Notes: generated by a model not told the origin, from the letters alone. DNA of 64,000 nt from an uncultured Gemmatimonadales bacterium (GCA_963779755.1 CAVZZO010000001.1:1696001-1760000), one strand, 5' to 3'. Shown: positions 21,558 to 30,586, counted from the stretch's first letter. Numbers and translations are program-made.

Positions 21558-23327
21558 TCAGCCCCCCAGGGCCCGGGCCACCCAGCCGCTGAGCCGTTGG
21601 CGGACCCCCCGGCCGGTGGCCCGGTTCAGGGCCTGGAGGAACTCCTGGGCGGTGGCGTAGCGCTGGTCCACCGCGCTGTTGAGCGCTCGCCGCAGCACCG
21701 ATTCCAGCTCCGGTGACACATCGGCCCGTGCCTCGGCCAGGTCGGGGAACTGATTGGTGGTCTGCCGGGCCAGGACCTGTTCCGGCGAGTTACCGGGGAA
21801 GGGGGGCGTGCCCAGGAGGGCATAGCACGCGACCGCGGCCAGGCTGTAGAGATCGGTGCGCTGGTCCACCCGTTCGCCCAGCAGTTGCTCGGGGCTCGCG
21901 AACTGCGGGGTCCCGCTCTGGCTGGTGGCCCCGCCGAACTTCCCCTGCCCCCGGAGCGCCAGGGCCAGGCCGAAGTCGGTAATCCGCAGGCTGCCATCGG
22001 GGGCGTAGAGCAGGTTCTCCGGCTTGATATCCCGGTGCACCAGGCCCGCGGCATGGGCCTGTCCCAGCGCCGAGAGTGCCTCCCGAAGCAACCGAAGCAG
22101 CCGCTGGAGTGGCAGAGGCCCGTCCCGTTCCACCAGATGGGCCAGGTTGGGGCCGCGGACCAGCTCCATGGTGTACCAGATCAGGCCCGACCGCCCTCCG
22201 ATGTCGTAGATATTGACGATGTTCGGATGATTGAGCCGGGCCGCGAGCTGCGCCTCGCGGCGGAAGCGCTCCACCACGGCGGGATCGGTGGTGAGCAGCG
22301 GATGCAGCACCTTGAGCGCCACTTCGCGCTCCAGGTGAAGATCGCGCACCCGGTACACCCGGCCGAAGCCGCCGGTGCCGAGGGGGCCCAGCAGCTCGTA
22401 GTCATCGCCCAGGGCGCGCCGCAGCCGCTTCTCCCAATCTTCCGGATCTTCCGCCGCAGGCGGGCTCTCGCCGGCGGAGACCACCGGGCTTTCGAATGCC
22501 CCGGCCTCACTGGTGAAATCTTCCAGCATCTCGGCGGCGGTCAGGAACCGGTCGCCGGGGCCGGGATGCAGGGCGCGGAGAATGATCCGCTCCACCGCAC
22601 GCGGGCAGGTGGGCCGCAACTCGGTGGGCGGGCGAAGGGTGCGGACATCCTCCGGCGGCTTGACGCCGGTGACGGCGAAGTAGAGGATGGCGCCGGCGGT
22701 GTAGATGTCGCTGGCCGGCTCGCCGGCGGCGCCCGCACGGATTTCCGGCGCCATGAACGCCAGCCCGGTGGGCTGGTGGCCCTGCGGGATGGCGGGGAGC
22801 GTCCAGCTGCAGTAGCGCAGGTCGGTCACCGAGCCGCGGCCCGACGCGCCGATCAGGAGCGAGGCGGGCACGATGCGGCGGATGATCAGTCCGTGTCCGT
22901 GCGCGTGCTCCATCGCGCTCAGCACCTCGCGCGCCAGGTTGTGTACCGCCGGCATGGGCCGCGGGCCGCGCTGGACCGCGCTTTCCAGGCTCTCGCCTTC
23001 GATCCAATTGCCCACCCGATAGGCGATGTCGTCGGTCACGCCGGCGTCATAGATATGCCGGATGGCAGGATGGTCCAGCGCGGCGAGCGACTCGGCTTCG
23101 CGCATGAACCAGGTGCGGACCGTCTCCTCCGACCAGAAATTGAGCCGCAGGCTGACGCGCCGCTTGAGGGTCAGATCGAACGCGCAGAAGAGCACCCGCT
23201 CTTCCGAGAAGGCGACGAGATGTTCCAGCCGGTAGCGCCGGCCGAAGACTTCATTGGCGCGCTGGTGATACCAGGTGAGCGGGGGCAGCGTCCGGGGCGG
23301 CGGGGGCTCGGACGGAGCCGGTGTCAT
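21558..23327 (-). CDS. Cytoplasmic Hanks-type Ser/Thr kinase with an N-terminal pseudokinase domain
   Basis: C-domain GTGGFG, VALK, HRDIKPEN, DFG, GTPQFASPE; N-domain keeps the kinase pattern but has VSLR, IRRIVPAS and DLR. Confidence 0.9.
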   Translation of the reverse strand: MTPAPSEPPPPRTLPPLTWYHQRANEVFGRRYRLEHLVAFSEERVLFCAFDLTLKRRVSLRLNFWSEETVRTWFMREAESLAALDHPAIRHIYDAGVTDDIAYRVGNWIEGESLESAVQRGPRPMPAVHNLAREVLSAMEHAHGHGLIIRRIVPASLLIGASGRGSVTDLRYCSWTLPAIPQGHQPTGLAFMAPEIRAGAAGEPASDIYTAGAILYFAVTGVKPPEDVRTLRPPTELRPTCPRAVERIILRALHPGPGDRFLTAAEMLEDFTSEAGAFESPVVSAGESPPAAEDPEDWEKRLRRALGDDYELLGPLGTGGFGRVYRVRDLHLEREVALKVLHPLLTTDPAVVERFRREAQLAARLNHPNIVNIYDIGGRSGLIWYTMELVRGPNLAHLVERDGPLPLQRLLRLLREALSALGQAHAAGLVHRDIKPENLLYAPDGSLRITDFGLALALRGQGKFGGATSQSGTPQFASPEQLLGERVDQRTDLYSLAAVACYALLGTPPFPGNSPEQVLARQTTNQFPDLAEARADVSPELESVLRRALNSAVDQRYATAQEFLQALNRATGRGVRQRLSGWVARALGG

Positions 23328-23866
23328 CGCCCGCTCCGCCGCCGCTCGATCCGGTGGCGGCGGCCGCAGGTGGCGGCACTGCACCATCGCCGGTCGTGGT
23401 TGGGCGAAGTGTCAATCAGAAACAGGGTACAGTCCTCGCCGGAGCACTCCCGCACCACCGCCAGGGGGTTGGCGAGCGTGGCCGCGGCGGAGCGGGCGAT
23501 CGCGTCCAGCGCCGCCACGGGACGCTGGGGCGTGAAGCGCACCTGCCACCGTCCGCGGACCCGCACCAGCTGGTGCGCCCCCACGCCCTCGGCCAGGATT
23601 TCGTTCAGCGCGTGGATGGGGGCGGAAGGCGTCTGGCGATTTTCGCTCAGGGCCTGCGCCAGCGCGTCCAGCCGGTCGCGGAAGAGCAGCACGTCCTCGA
23701 ACGACATGTGCTCCCCGTCGATGGCGAGCTTTTCGGCCTTGATCCAGCGATGATAGGCGGCGGGGTCGGTCAGGCGGTCGGGGATCTCTTCGCCCGTGCC
23801 GCGCCGGGTGTTGACGAAGTCGAGCCAGATCGCGTCGCCCAGGAGGAGAAAGTCGGGATCAGGCAT
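23324..23866 (-). CDS. ABATE/CGNR zinc-finger protein
   Basis: LDFVNT N-terminus; VRECSGEDCTLFLIDTSPNHDRRWCSAATCGRR. Confidence 0.88.
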   Translation of the reverse strand: MPDPDFLLLGDAIWLDFVNTRRGTGEEIPDRLTDPAAYHRWIKAEKLAIDGEHMSFEDVLLFRDRLDALAQALSENRQTPSAPIHALNEILAEGVGAHQLVRVRGRWQVRFTPQRPVAALDAIARSAAATLANPLAVVRECSGEDCTLFLIDTSPNHDRRWCSAATCGRRHRIERRRSGR

Positions 23867-25211
23867 GACCGGCGGGTCCCTGGGCGATCTGATAGCGATT
23901 CCGTCCGCCGCGCTTGGCCTGGTACAGGGCTGCGTCGGCCGAGGCGAGCAGCTCGCTCACCGAGGTGCCGTGCCCCGGCGCGGCGGCGATGCCCAGGCTC
24001 AGCGTCTGCCGGCCGAATTCGGGGTGCCGCCGTTCGAGGTCGGCCATGGCGCGCACCAGACGGTCCACGAAGGTGAGCGATTCCTGGGGGGTGGTCATCG
24101 GCAGGATGACGAGGAATTCGTCGCCCCCCAGGCGGCCGACCACGTCCAGGGTGCGGCACTGGCTGCGGAGCACATCGCCCAGCAGCGCCAGCAGCCGGTC
24201 GCCCCCGGCGTGGCCCATGGTGTCGTTCACGATCTTGAACTTGTCCAGATCGAGCAGCACCACCGTGGTGGTAAGCTGGTGCCGGCCGGCGCGGGAGATC
24301 TCGGCCTCGAGCCGCTGCTCCACCGCGCGGCGGTTGTACATCCCGGTCAGCTCGTCGGTGGTGGCGGCGCTGTGCAGCTGCTCCACCAGCTGGGCATTCT
24401 TCAGTGCGATCGCGGCGGCGAAGGAGAGGGTACCCGCCAGCTCGAACTCGGCGACGCCGTAGCTCTTGCGCGAAATGCGCGGGCCCAGGGCGAGGACCGC
24501 CATGCGCTCTGCCCCCGCCTCCAGCGAGATCAGCACCCGGGTGCGCGAGTCGACCACCGCCGCGAGCCCGATTTCCTCCGTCTGGACCGGCGGGGAGCCG
24601 AGCGGGAAGGCGGCGTCGAGCCGCTGCTGGTCGATGGGGGCGGGACGGGTGTCGTCGGCCAGGGCGCGGAAGGCGCGGGGCACATACTGGCCGTCTTCCA
24701 GCCGGTAGAGGCAGGCCCACCAGGCGAAGAACACCTCGGCCATGAAGTCCATGACCAGTTGCTCGGTTTCTTCCGTCGAGTGCACCGACGAGAGCAGACG
24801 GGTCACCTGCCGCAGGGCGCGTAACTGGAAGGTGGCGTCGTCCAGCGCCGCCTGGCGCTCGAGCAGCACGCTGCGCAGCTCCAGGACGATCGAGAGCCCC
24901 AGGGCCAGCGGGAGCGCCACTCCCCGCATCGTCTCCGCCACCTCGGGCTCGGCGGAGACGATCACCTCGGTGTCGCCGCTCCCGATCCGCGCGACCTCCT
25001 GGGCATTCTGCCGCCCGTCGGAGGCGCCAACCGCCGTCACGCTGCCCGTGCGCTCCCGGATGACCAGCCAGATCCGGTCGCTGTGGAATCGCCGGACCAG
25101 GGCGTCCCGGCAACGCTCGAACAGCTCGAGGTCGCTCCGGGAGTCACGGCAGGCTGCAGCGAAGGCGCTGGGAAGCGAAGCGAGAGGGTGGGAAATCGGT
25201 GTCAGACTCAT
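23859..25211 (-). CDS. GAF-like sensor diguanylate cyclase
   Basis: TDELTGMYNRR, DLDKFKIVNDTMGH, I-site RTLD, RLGGDEF, ADAALYQAK. Confidence 0.92.
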   Translation of the reverse strand: MSLTPISHPLASLPSAFAAACRDSRSDLELFERCRDALVRRFHSDRIWLVIRERTGSVTAVGASDGRQNAQEVARIGSGDTEVIVSAEPEVAETMRGVALPLALGLSIVLELRSVLLERQAALDDATFQLRALRQVTRLLSSVHSTEETEQLVMDFMAEVFFAWWACLYRLEDGQYVPRAFRALADDTRPAPIDQQRLDAAFPLGSPPVQTEEIGLAAVVDSRTRVLISLEAGAERMAVLALGPRISRKSYGVAEFELAGTLSFAAAIALKNAQLVEQLHSAATTDELTGMYNRRAVEQRLEAEISRAGRHQLTTTVVLLDLDKFKIVNDTMGHAGGDRLLALLGDVLRSQCRTLDVVGRLGGDEFLVILPMTTPQESLTFVDRLVRAMADLERRHPEFGRQTLSLGIAAAPGHGTSVSELLASADAALYQAKRGGRNRYQIAQGPAGHA

Positions 25212-25288
25212 CGCGCCGAATATAGTCGCTGGCCTAGCCGTAGGCGAGACATTCGGTTATCCATGGGCCGGTGCCCCGGGCGCGGGAC

Positions 25289-25317
25289 TTGCTGTACGGC
25301 CTGATCGGGTCTATATT
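25289..25317 (+). promoter_or_regulatory. Sigma70-type promoter
   Basis: TTGCTG (25289-25294), 17 nt, TATATT (25312-25317). Confidence 0.6.
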
Positions 25318-25323
25318 GATGCT

Positions 25324-25437
25324 GCGAATACAGAAGCATAGCCCTTCGGGGCCCCAGGGGTATGGCTTTCCAGCCTGGGTGATGAAAACTGGAAGGCCCG
25401 CGGTCCCGGCCCGACATCAGTCGGCCGGGATTTGTGT
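25324..25437 (+). ncRNA. Candidate structured small RNA or attenuating leader (about 110 nt)
   Basis: Starts just after the promoter; hairpins plus possible CCCAGG/CCTGGG pseudoknot pairing; ends in terminator tcccggcccgac-atca-gtcggccggga-TTTGT. Confidence 0.45.
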
Positions 25438-25453
25438 TACCCGATACCCGGCC

Positions 25454-26845
25454 ATGCTCCGCCACCTCACGCGCGCGTTCCCCGTCCTGCTGGGTCTCGT
25501 GCCGGGCCTGCTCCAGGCCCAGGCCGCTCCCGCCGTCTCGCCGCTCACCGCCCTCAGCCAGGAGTTCCAGTCCATTGCGGCCCGGGTCAGTCCCGCCGTG
25601 GTGGAGATCTTCATCGTGGCCTACGCCCCCCCGCGCGATCCCGACGCGCCGGCCGGCTATGCGCCCGACCAGCGAGGCGGATCCGGGGTGGTGATCGACC
25701 CGGCGGGCTATCTCGTGACCAATGCGCACGTGGTGGAGGATGCCCGGCGGGTGCAGGTCATGGTGCCCCGCGCGGCGGCGGATGCCGGCCGAGGCACCCG
25801 GCTGCTCGACGCGCGCATCGTAGGGGTGGACGAGGAGACCGACCTGGCGCTGCTCAAGATCGACGGCGGCCCGTTCCCGGCGCTGGAGCTGGCCGACTCC
25901 GACCGGCTCGCTGCGGGGCAGCTGGTGCTGGCGTTCGGCAGCCCGCTCGGGCTGGAGAATTCGGTGACCATGGGGATCGTAAGCGCCACGGCGCGGCAGC
26001 TCGACCCCGACGATCCCATGGTCTACATCCAGACCGACGCGCCCATCAATCCGGGCAACAGTGGCGGGGCGCTGGTGGATACCGAGGGGCGCCTGGTGGG
26101 CATCAATACCCTTATCTACAGCCAGAGCGGCGGCAGTGAAGGCCTCGGGTTCGCGGCGCCCAGCAATATCGTGCGTGCCGTCGCCCGGCAGTTGCGCGCG
26201 CTGGGACGGGTGCGTCGCGGCAGTATGGGCGTGGTGGCGCAGACCATCACCCCGGACCTGGCGGCGGGCCTGAACCTCGGCCGCGATCGCGGGGTCATCC
26301 TGGCCGACGTGGATCCCGCCGGGCCGGCCGCGGCGGCGGGGCTTCGTCCCGGCGATATCGTGATCGCGCTGGACGGCAAGGCGCTGGAGAGCGGCGCGCT
26401 GCTGGATATCGGCCTCTATGGCCGTGCGCCGGGCACCGCCGCCCGCCTCACGGTCGACCGGGATGGGGCGAGCCGCGAAGTGGTGGTCACGGTGCAGGAA
26501 CGCGCCGGCGGGGCCGAGCAGCTGGCAGAGCTGGCCGCGCGCCACCCGCACCCGGTGGCGCGGCTGGGGATCCTGGCGCTCGACCTGGACCCCGATGTGG
26601 CGGCGGCGCTCGACTGGTTGCGCGACTCCAGCGGTGTCGTGGTCGCGGCCCCCGCCATCGGCCCGGGGTACCGCATGTCGGATCTGCTGCCGGGCGATGT
26701 CATCCACGCCGTCAACGGCCGGCGTGTGCGCAACCTGGCCGGCCTCAACCGGGGCCTGTCGGCGAGCCCCGCCGCCGGGCCGCTGGTTCTGTGGATCGAG
26801 CGGGAGGGCCGCTATGTGTACCTGGTCGCGGGGCGGCAGGAATAG
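25454..26845 (+). CDS. DegP/HtrA-family serine protease with two PDZ domains
   Basis: Signal peptide; GSGVVID, TNAHV, TDLALLKI, IQTDAPINPGNSGG; PDZ GLRPGDIV and LLPGDVI. Confidence 0.92.
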   Translation: MLRHLTRAFPVLLGLVPGLLQAQAAPAVSPLTALSQEFQSIAARVSPAVVEIFIVAYAPPRDPDAPAGYAPDQRGGSGVVIDPAGYLVTNAHVVEDARRVQVMVPRAAADAGRGTRLLDARIVGVDEETDLALLKIDGGPFPALELADSDRLAAGQLVLAFGSPLGLENSVTMGIVSATARQLDPDDPMVYIQTDAPINPGNSGGALVDTEGRLVGINTLIYSQSGGSEGLGFAAPSNIVRAVARQLRALGRVRRGSMGVVAQTITPDLAAGLNLGRDRGVILADVDPAGPAAAAGLRPGDIVIALDGKALESGALLDIGLYGRAPGTAARLTVDRDGASREVVVTVQERAGGAEQLAELAARHPHPVARLGILALDLDPDVAAALDWLRDSSGVVVAAPAIGPGYRMSDLLPGDVIHAVNGRRVRNLAGLNRGLSASPAAGPLVLWIEREGRYVYLVAGRQE

Positions 26846-26887
26846 CCGGAATGGGGAGCGGGAGGTGTTTCCTCTCGCCGGTCCCGG

Positions 26888-27499
26888 CTATCGGTCGTCG
26901 CTGTGCAGGTGGCGGGTCAGCTCGGCGGCCAGCAGCCGCAATTCCGACAGCATGCCCCGGTGAGGCCAATCGCCCCGCCGCTCGAGCGTTTCCAGTAGCG
27001 AGCGGTACCACCAGAGCAGCTGGTCGCTGCTGGCCTGGGAGATGGTCGGGAGGTATTCCACGCCCAGACGGCGCAGATCGGTGGTGAGGGAGCCGCAGAG
27101 ATGGATTTCGCTGGCGGCGCAGACGTCCAGCGCACGGGCATGGGCCTGCCCCAGCTGTCCCAGATATTCCAGCTTGCAGACATTATACGGCCGGGCTTCG
27201 CCGCGGTGATCCCAGCGGGGCTCCCAGGCGTCGCTCAGTGTAGTGATCACCACGCTGCCGAACTTGTCGGCGATCTTGTGCCGCAGCTCATGCTGCACGC
27301 CGGGGCGGGCGACCCACAGGACAGGATGGAGAATCCCGGCTACGATGGTCGGATCGTCGCAACCATAGCGCGAGAGGATCACCGCGGCATGTGCCGGGTG
27401 GGTCAGGTACCCGACGGCGGGCCGTCCTTCGGGTGGGGCGTAATACTTGGCGGCGAATGCCAGGGCGTGGTTCACCGTATCGCTGTAGCCGAAGGCCAT
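26888..27499 (-). CDS. HD-domain protein of the RelA/SpoT-hydrolase (Mesh1-like) type with a degenerate motif
   Basis: ALAFAAKY..YLTHP..AVIL...TIVAGILHPVL..IADKFGSVV; HD replaced by HP; GAGGAG SD. Confidence 0.7.
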   Translation of the reverse strand: MAFGYSDTVNHALAFAAKYYAPPEGRPAVGYLTHPAHAAVILSRYGCDDPTIVAGILHPVLWVARPGVQHELRHKIADKFGSVVITTLSDAWEPRWDHRGEARPYNVCKLEYLGQLGQAHARALDVCAASEIHLCGSLTTDLRRLGVEYLPTISQASSDQLLWWYRSLLETLERRGDWPHRGMLSELRLLAAELTRHLHSDDR

Positions 27500-27528
27500 G
27501 CGCTCCTCGTCTGGGGGCCGGTCGGTCG

Positions 27529-28161
27529 TCAGGGAATGCCCAGCAGTTTATGCGTCTGCAGGCTCAATCGCCATTGCGGGTGGGCCAGGCAATAGGCCAG
27601 AGCCCGGCGGGTGTTTCCTTCGCGCTCCGGGCCGTCCATGGGCTGGAGAAAGAAGTGGCGGAAGCGGAGGCCGGTAAAGCGCTCGGGCTCCGCGCCGGCC
27701 TGTGGGTAAACCAGCTTCAGCTCGCTGCCCTCCCGCAGCCGGAGCTCCGCCCCCGCCTTCGGGCTGACGCAGATCCAGTCCAGCCCCGCGGGGGGGATCT
27801 GCGTGCCGTTCGTCTCCACCGCGATCTCGAACCCCGCCGCATGCAGGGCGCCGACCAGGTCATGATCCAGTTGGAGCAGAGGCTCGCCACCGGTGCAGAC
27901 CACCAGCGGCCTGCCGCCCGCGTCCGGCGGCCATGCCGCCGCCACCGCCCTGGCCAGGCTCTCGGCGCTGGGAAAGCGGCCGCCCCCCGGCCCATCGGTC
28001 CCCAGAAAATCGGTATCGCAGAAACCGCAGACGGCGGTTGCCCGGTCCGACTCGCGACCGGTCCAGAGATTGCACCCGGCGAAACGGCAGAACACGGCCG
28101 GCCGGCCGGTCTGCGCGCCTTCTCCCTGGAGGGTATAGAAGATTTCCTTGACGGCGTACAT
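27529..28161 (-). CDS. queE: 7-carboxy-7-deazaguanine synthase (radical SAM, CX14CX2C type)
   Basis: YAVKEIFYTLQGEG, FCRFAGCNLWTGRESDRATAVCGFCDTDF, CTGGEPLLQ, ETNGT, WRLSLQTHK. Confidence 0.96.
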   Translation of the reverse strand: MYAVKEIFYTLQGEGAQTGRPAVFCRFAGCNLWTGRESDRATAVCGFCDTDFLGTDGPGGGRFPSAESLARAVAAAWPPDAGGRPLVVCTGGEPLLQLDHDLVGALHAAGFEIAVETNGTQIPPAGLDWICVSPKAGAELRLREGSELKLVYPQAGAEPERFTGLRFRHFFLQPMDGPEREGNTRRALAYCLAHPQWRLSLQTHKLLGIP

Positions 28162-28162
28162 G

Positions 28163-28275
28163 GAGGGAAGATAGACGGGAGAAAGACGGGAGAAAGATGG
28201 GAGAAAGACGGGAGGAAAGACGGGAAGAACGTCTTCATCCCGTCCTCCTCCCGTCCTATTCCCGTCCTCTTCCCG
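28163..28275. repeat. Palindromic 11-mer tandem repeat (GACGGGAGAAA / CTCCTCCCGTC-like)
   Basis: About six forward and four reverse units between queE and queC; includes the queC stop codon. Confidence 0.85.
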
Positions 28276-28960
28276 CCGCGGGATCGGGCATTCCCGCTTC
28301 CTGGAAGCCCTTCCGCCGCAGGAGGCAGGCGTCACAATGGCCGCACGGGATGCCGGCGGGAGCGGGATCGTAGCAACTGATGGTCAGGCCGTAGTCCACG
28401 CCCAGGGCGATCCCCCGGGTGATGATCTCCCTTTTGGTGAGATGGAGCAGGGGAGCATGGATCGTCACGCGCCGGCCGTCTTCGGTCCCCATGCGGGTGG
28501 CGACATTCGCCAGGTCCTGAAACGCGCGAATGAACTCGGGCCGGCAGTCGGGATAGCCGCTGTAGTCGAGGGCGTTCACCCCGATGAAGATGTCCGTGGC
28601 GCGCAGCACTTCGGCCCAGGCGAGAGCAAAGGACAGGAAGATGGTATTCCGGGCCGGCACGTAGGTGATGGGGATGCCGGCGCCGATGGCCGCCGGGGAG
28701 CGGTCGCGGGGAACCGGCGCATCGCTGGTCAGCGCCGAGCCGCCGAAGGCGCGGAGGTCGATCTCCACGACCTTGTGGCTGGCGACGCCCTGGGCTGCCG
28801 CAACCCGGCGGGCGGCTTCCAGCTCCAGGGCATGACGCTGTCCATAGCGGAAGCTCAGGGCATGGGGGGCAAAGCCCAGCTCCCGGCTGATGGCCAGTAC
28901 GGTGGCGGAGTCGAGCCCGCCGCTTAGCAGCACGATGGCGGGAGGCAGTTCTGCCGTCAT
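28256..28960 (-). CDS. queC: 7-cyano-7-deazaguanine synthase
   Basis: [49 protein letters not shown]. Confidence 0.97.
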   Translation of the reverse strand: MTAELPPAIVLLSGGLDSATVLAISRELGFAPHALSFRYGQRHALELEAARRVAAAQGVASHKVVEIDLRAFGGSALTSDAPVPRDRSPAAIGAGIPITYVPARNTIFLSFALAWAEVLRATDIFIGVNALDYSGYPDCRPEFIRAFQDLANVATRMGTEDGRRVTIHAPLLHLTKREIITRGIALGVDYGLTISCYDPAPAGIPCGHCDACLLRRKGFQEAGMPDPAAGRGRE

Positions 28961-29191
28961 GCGCCTAAGATAGCCGGGGTGGCGCGCTGGATTCGGGTGC
29001 GGTCCGCATCCGGCTCGCCGCGGCATTCCGGGCGACGGCGCTGAGCATTCCGAGGATATGCAAGAAAACGCGGAACGAGCGGGAACCCCCGGTTCGGGGG
29101 ATAACACAAGCCGGCCCAGCCGTTGGTATCGTTGCCTGGCACTACCGTGGCCGGAAAACGCGCACGGAGGCACCCGAGCCCCCGGTGCCGG

Positions 29192-30580
29192 TCAGGGCAC
29201 CCCCGATCCGTTCTCCCTCCCCAGCAGGTGTCGCAGCGCGGGCTCGAGGTGGGGATATCGGAACCGGTAGCCGGAGTCCAGCAGCCGCCTGGGCACGGCC
29301 CGGACGCTGCTCAGCACCAGTTCGTCGGCCATTTCCCGGCCCAGGGCCAGCCGCAGTGCGGCGGGGGGGACCGTGAACGGAGCCGGCCGGTGCAGCACCC
29401 GGGCCAGCGTGCGGGTGAGTTCTTCGTTCCGGACCGGCTCCGGGGCCGCCAGGTTGATGCCGCCGGCCAGCGACTCGTTCATCAGGGCCCAGTAGATGCC
29501 GCCCACCACATCGTCGATAGCCACCCAGCTCACCCACTGCTGCCCCGCGCCGATCTTCCCGCCGAGTCCCAAACGGAAGGGGAGCATCAGGCGGTCGAGA
29601 AATCCTCCGGCAGGCGTGAACACCGGGCCGAACCGCAGGTGGACGGTCCGGATCCCCGCGGCATCGGCCGCTCTGGCGCCGTCCTCCCAGCCGCGTACGA
29701 CTTCCGGCAGGAATCCGCGGCCCCCAGGTGCGTCGTCGGGAAGCAGCTCGTCGCCCCGGTCGCCGAAATAGTTGATACCGGAAGCGGAAATCAGGACCCG
29801 CGGCGGCCGTTCCAGACTGGCCAGGGTCTCGGCCAGGAGCTTCGTTCCCCGGACCCGGCTCTGCCGGATGCGCTGCTTGACCGATTCGCTCCAGCGGCTG
29901 CCGGCGATATTCTCGCCGGCCAGATGGATGACCGCATCCACGCCTTCGAACGCCGCCGCCTCCACCGTTCCCTGGCTGGGCTTCCAGAAGATCTCCTGCT
30001 CCCGCGGGCGCCGCCGCACCACGGAGACGACTTCATGCCCCATGCTGGTGAGGAGGGGGCGCAGCGCCCTGCCGATCATCCCGCTGGCGCCGGTCACCGC
30101 GATCCGGAGCGGGGACGCCTCGGGCAGGCGGGCGAGCAGGGCCATATCGCCCTGCAGGACGGCATGCCGGTAGGTAAAGAGCCGGTCCAGCTCCCGGGCC
30201 ACATAGCCGCCGGCGGCCAGCAGGCCCAGGCCGCCCAGCGGCAGCTCGTAGGCGACATGATCCCGCAGGATACAGCGCTCAGGTCCGTGCGGCTCCAGAA
30301 AGTGGCTGTGCTGCCAGCGGCGGAAGGGGCCCCGGGTCTGTTCGTCGATGAATCCGGTGCCTTCCTCGGAAGCCCGGTGGACCGCGCTCCAGGTCAGCCG
30401 GAGCGGCCCGACCGGAACCCGCAGGATGGTGCGGGCGCCGGCGGCAATCCCGCCGCGGCGGGAAAGGACTTCGATGGACTGCCAGGGGGGAAGCATGCGC
30501 TCGAAGGCGCCCGGCCGCTCATGCCAGGCATAGGCGGTGTGAGCCGGAACGGGTAGATCAATCGAGCGTTCAAAGTGCAG
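29192..30580 (-). CDS. SRPBCC domain fused to TIGR01777 (YfcH-like) NAD-dependent epimerase; start uncertain, non-canonical CTG at 30580 or ATC at 30583
   Basis: FERSIDLPVPA..AWHERPGAFERMLPPW, GPFRRWQHSH; TGASGMIG, IHLAGENI, GQQWVSWVAIDD. Confidence 0.85.
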   Translation of the reverse strand: MHFERSIDLPVPAHTAYAWHERPGAFERMLPPWQSIEVLSRRGGIAAGARTILRVPVGPLRLTWSAVHRASEEGTGFIDEQTRGPFRRWQHSHFLEPHGPERCILRDHVAYELPLGGLGLLAAGGYVARELDRLFTYRHAVLQGDMALLARLPEASPLRIAVTGASGMIGRALRPLLTSMGHEVVSVVRRRPREQEIFWKPSQGTVEAAAFEGVDAVIHLAGENIAGSRWSESVKQRIRQSRVRGTKLLAETLASLERPPRVLISASGINYFGDRGDELLPDDAPGGRGFLPEVVRGWEDGARAADAAGIRTVHLRFGPVFTPAGGFLDRLMLPFRLGLGGKIGAGQQWVSWVAIDDVVGGIYWALMNESLAGGINLAAPEPVRNEELTRTLARVLHRPAPFTVPPAALRLALGREMADELVLSSVRAVPRRLLDSGYRFRYPHLEPALRHLLGRENGSGVP

Positions 30581-30586
30581 GATAGT

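Noticed and set aside
27529..28960. queC/queE/queF as a 7-deazaguanine DNA-modification (dpd) defence island
   Set aside because: There is no dpdA/tgt-like, helicase or nuclease gene nearby, and the presence of queF fits ordinary tRNA queuosine synthesis. The CX14CX2C QueE variant is already described.
28961..29191. Possible preQ1 riboswitch upstream of queC, and a sigma54-like TGGCAC-N5-TGGC on the plus strand
   Set aside because: No preQ1 consensus is recognisable and queC looks leaderless. The sigma54-like match is imperfect and points antisense into a gene.
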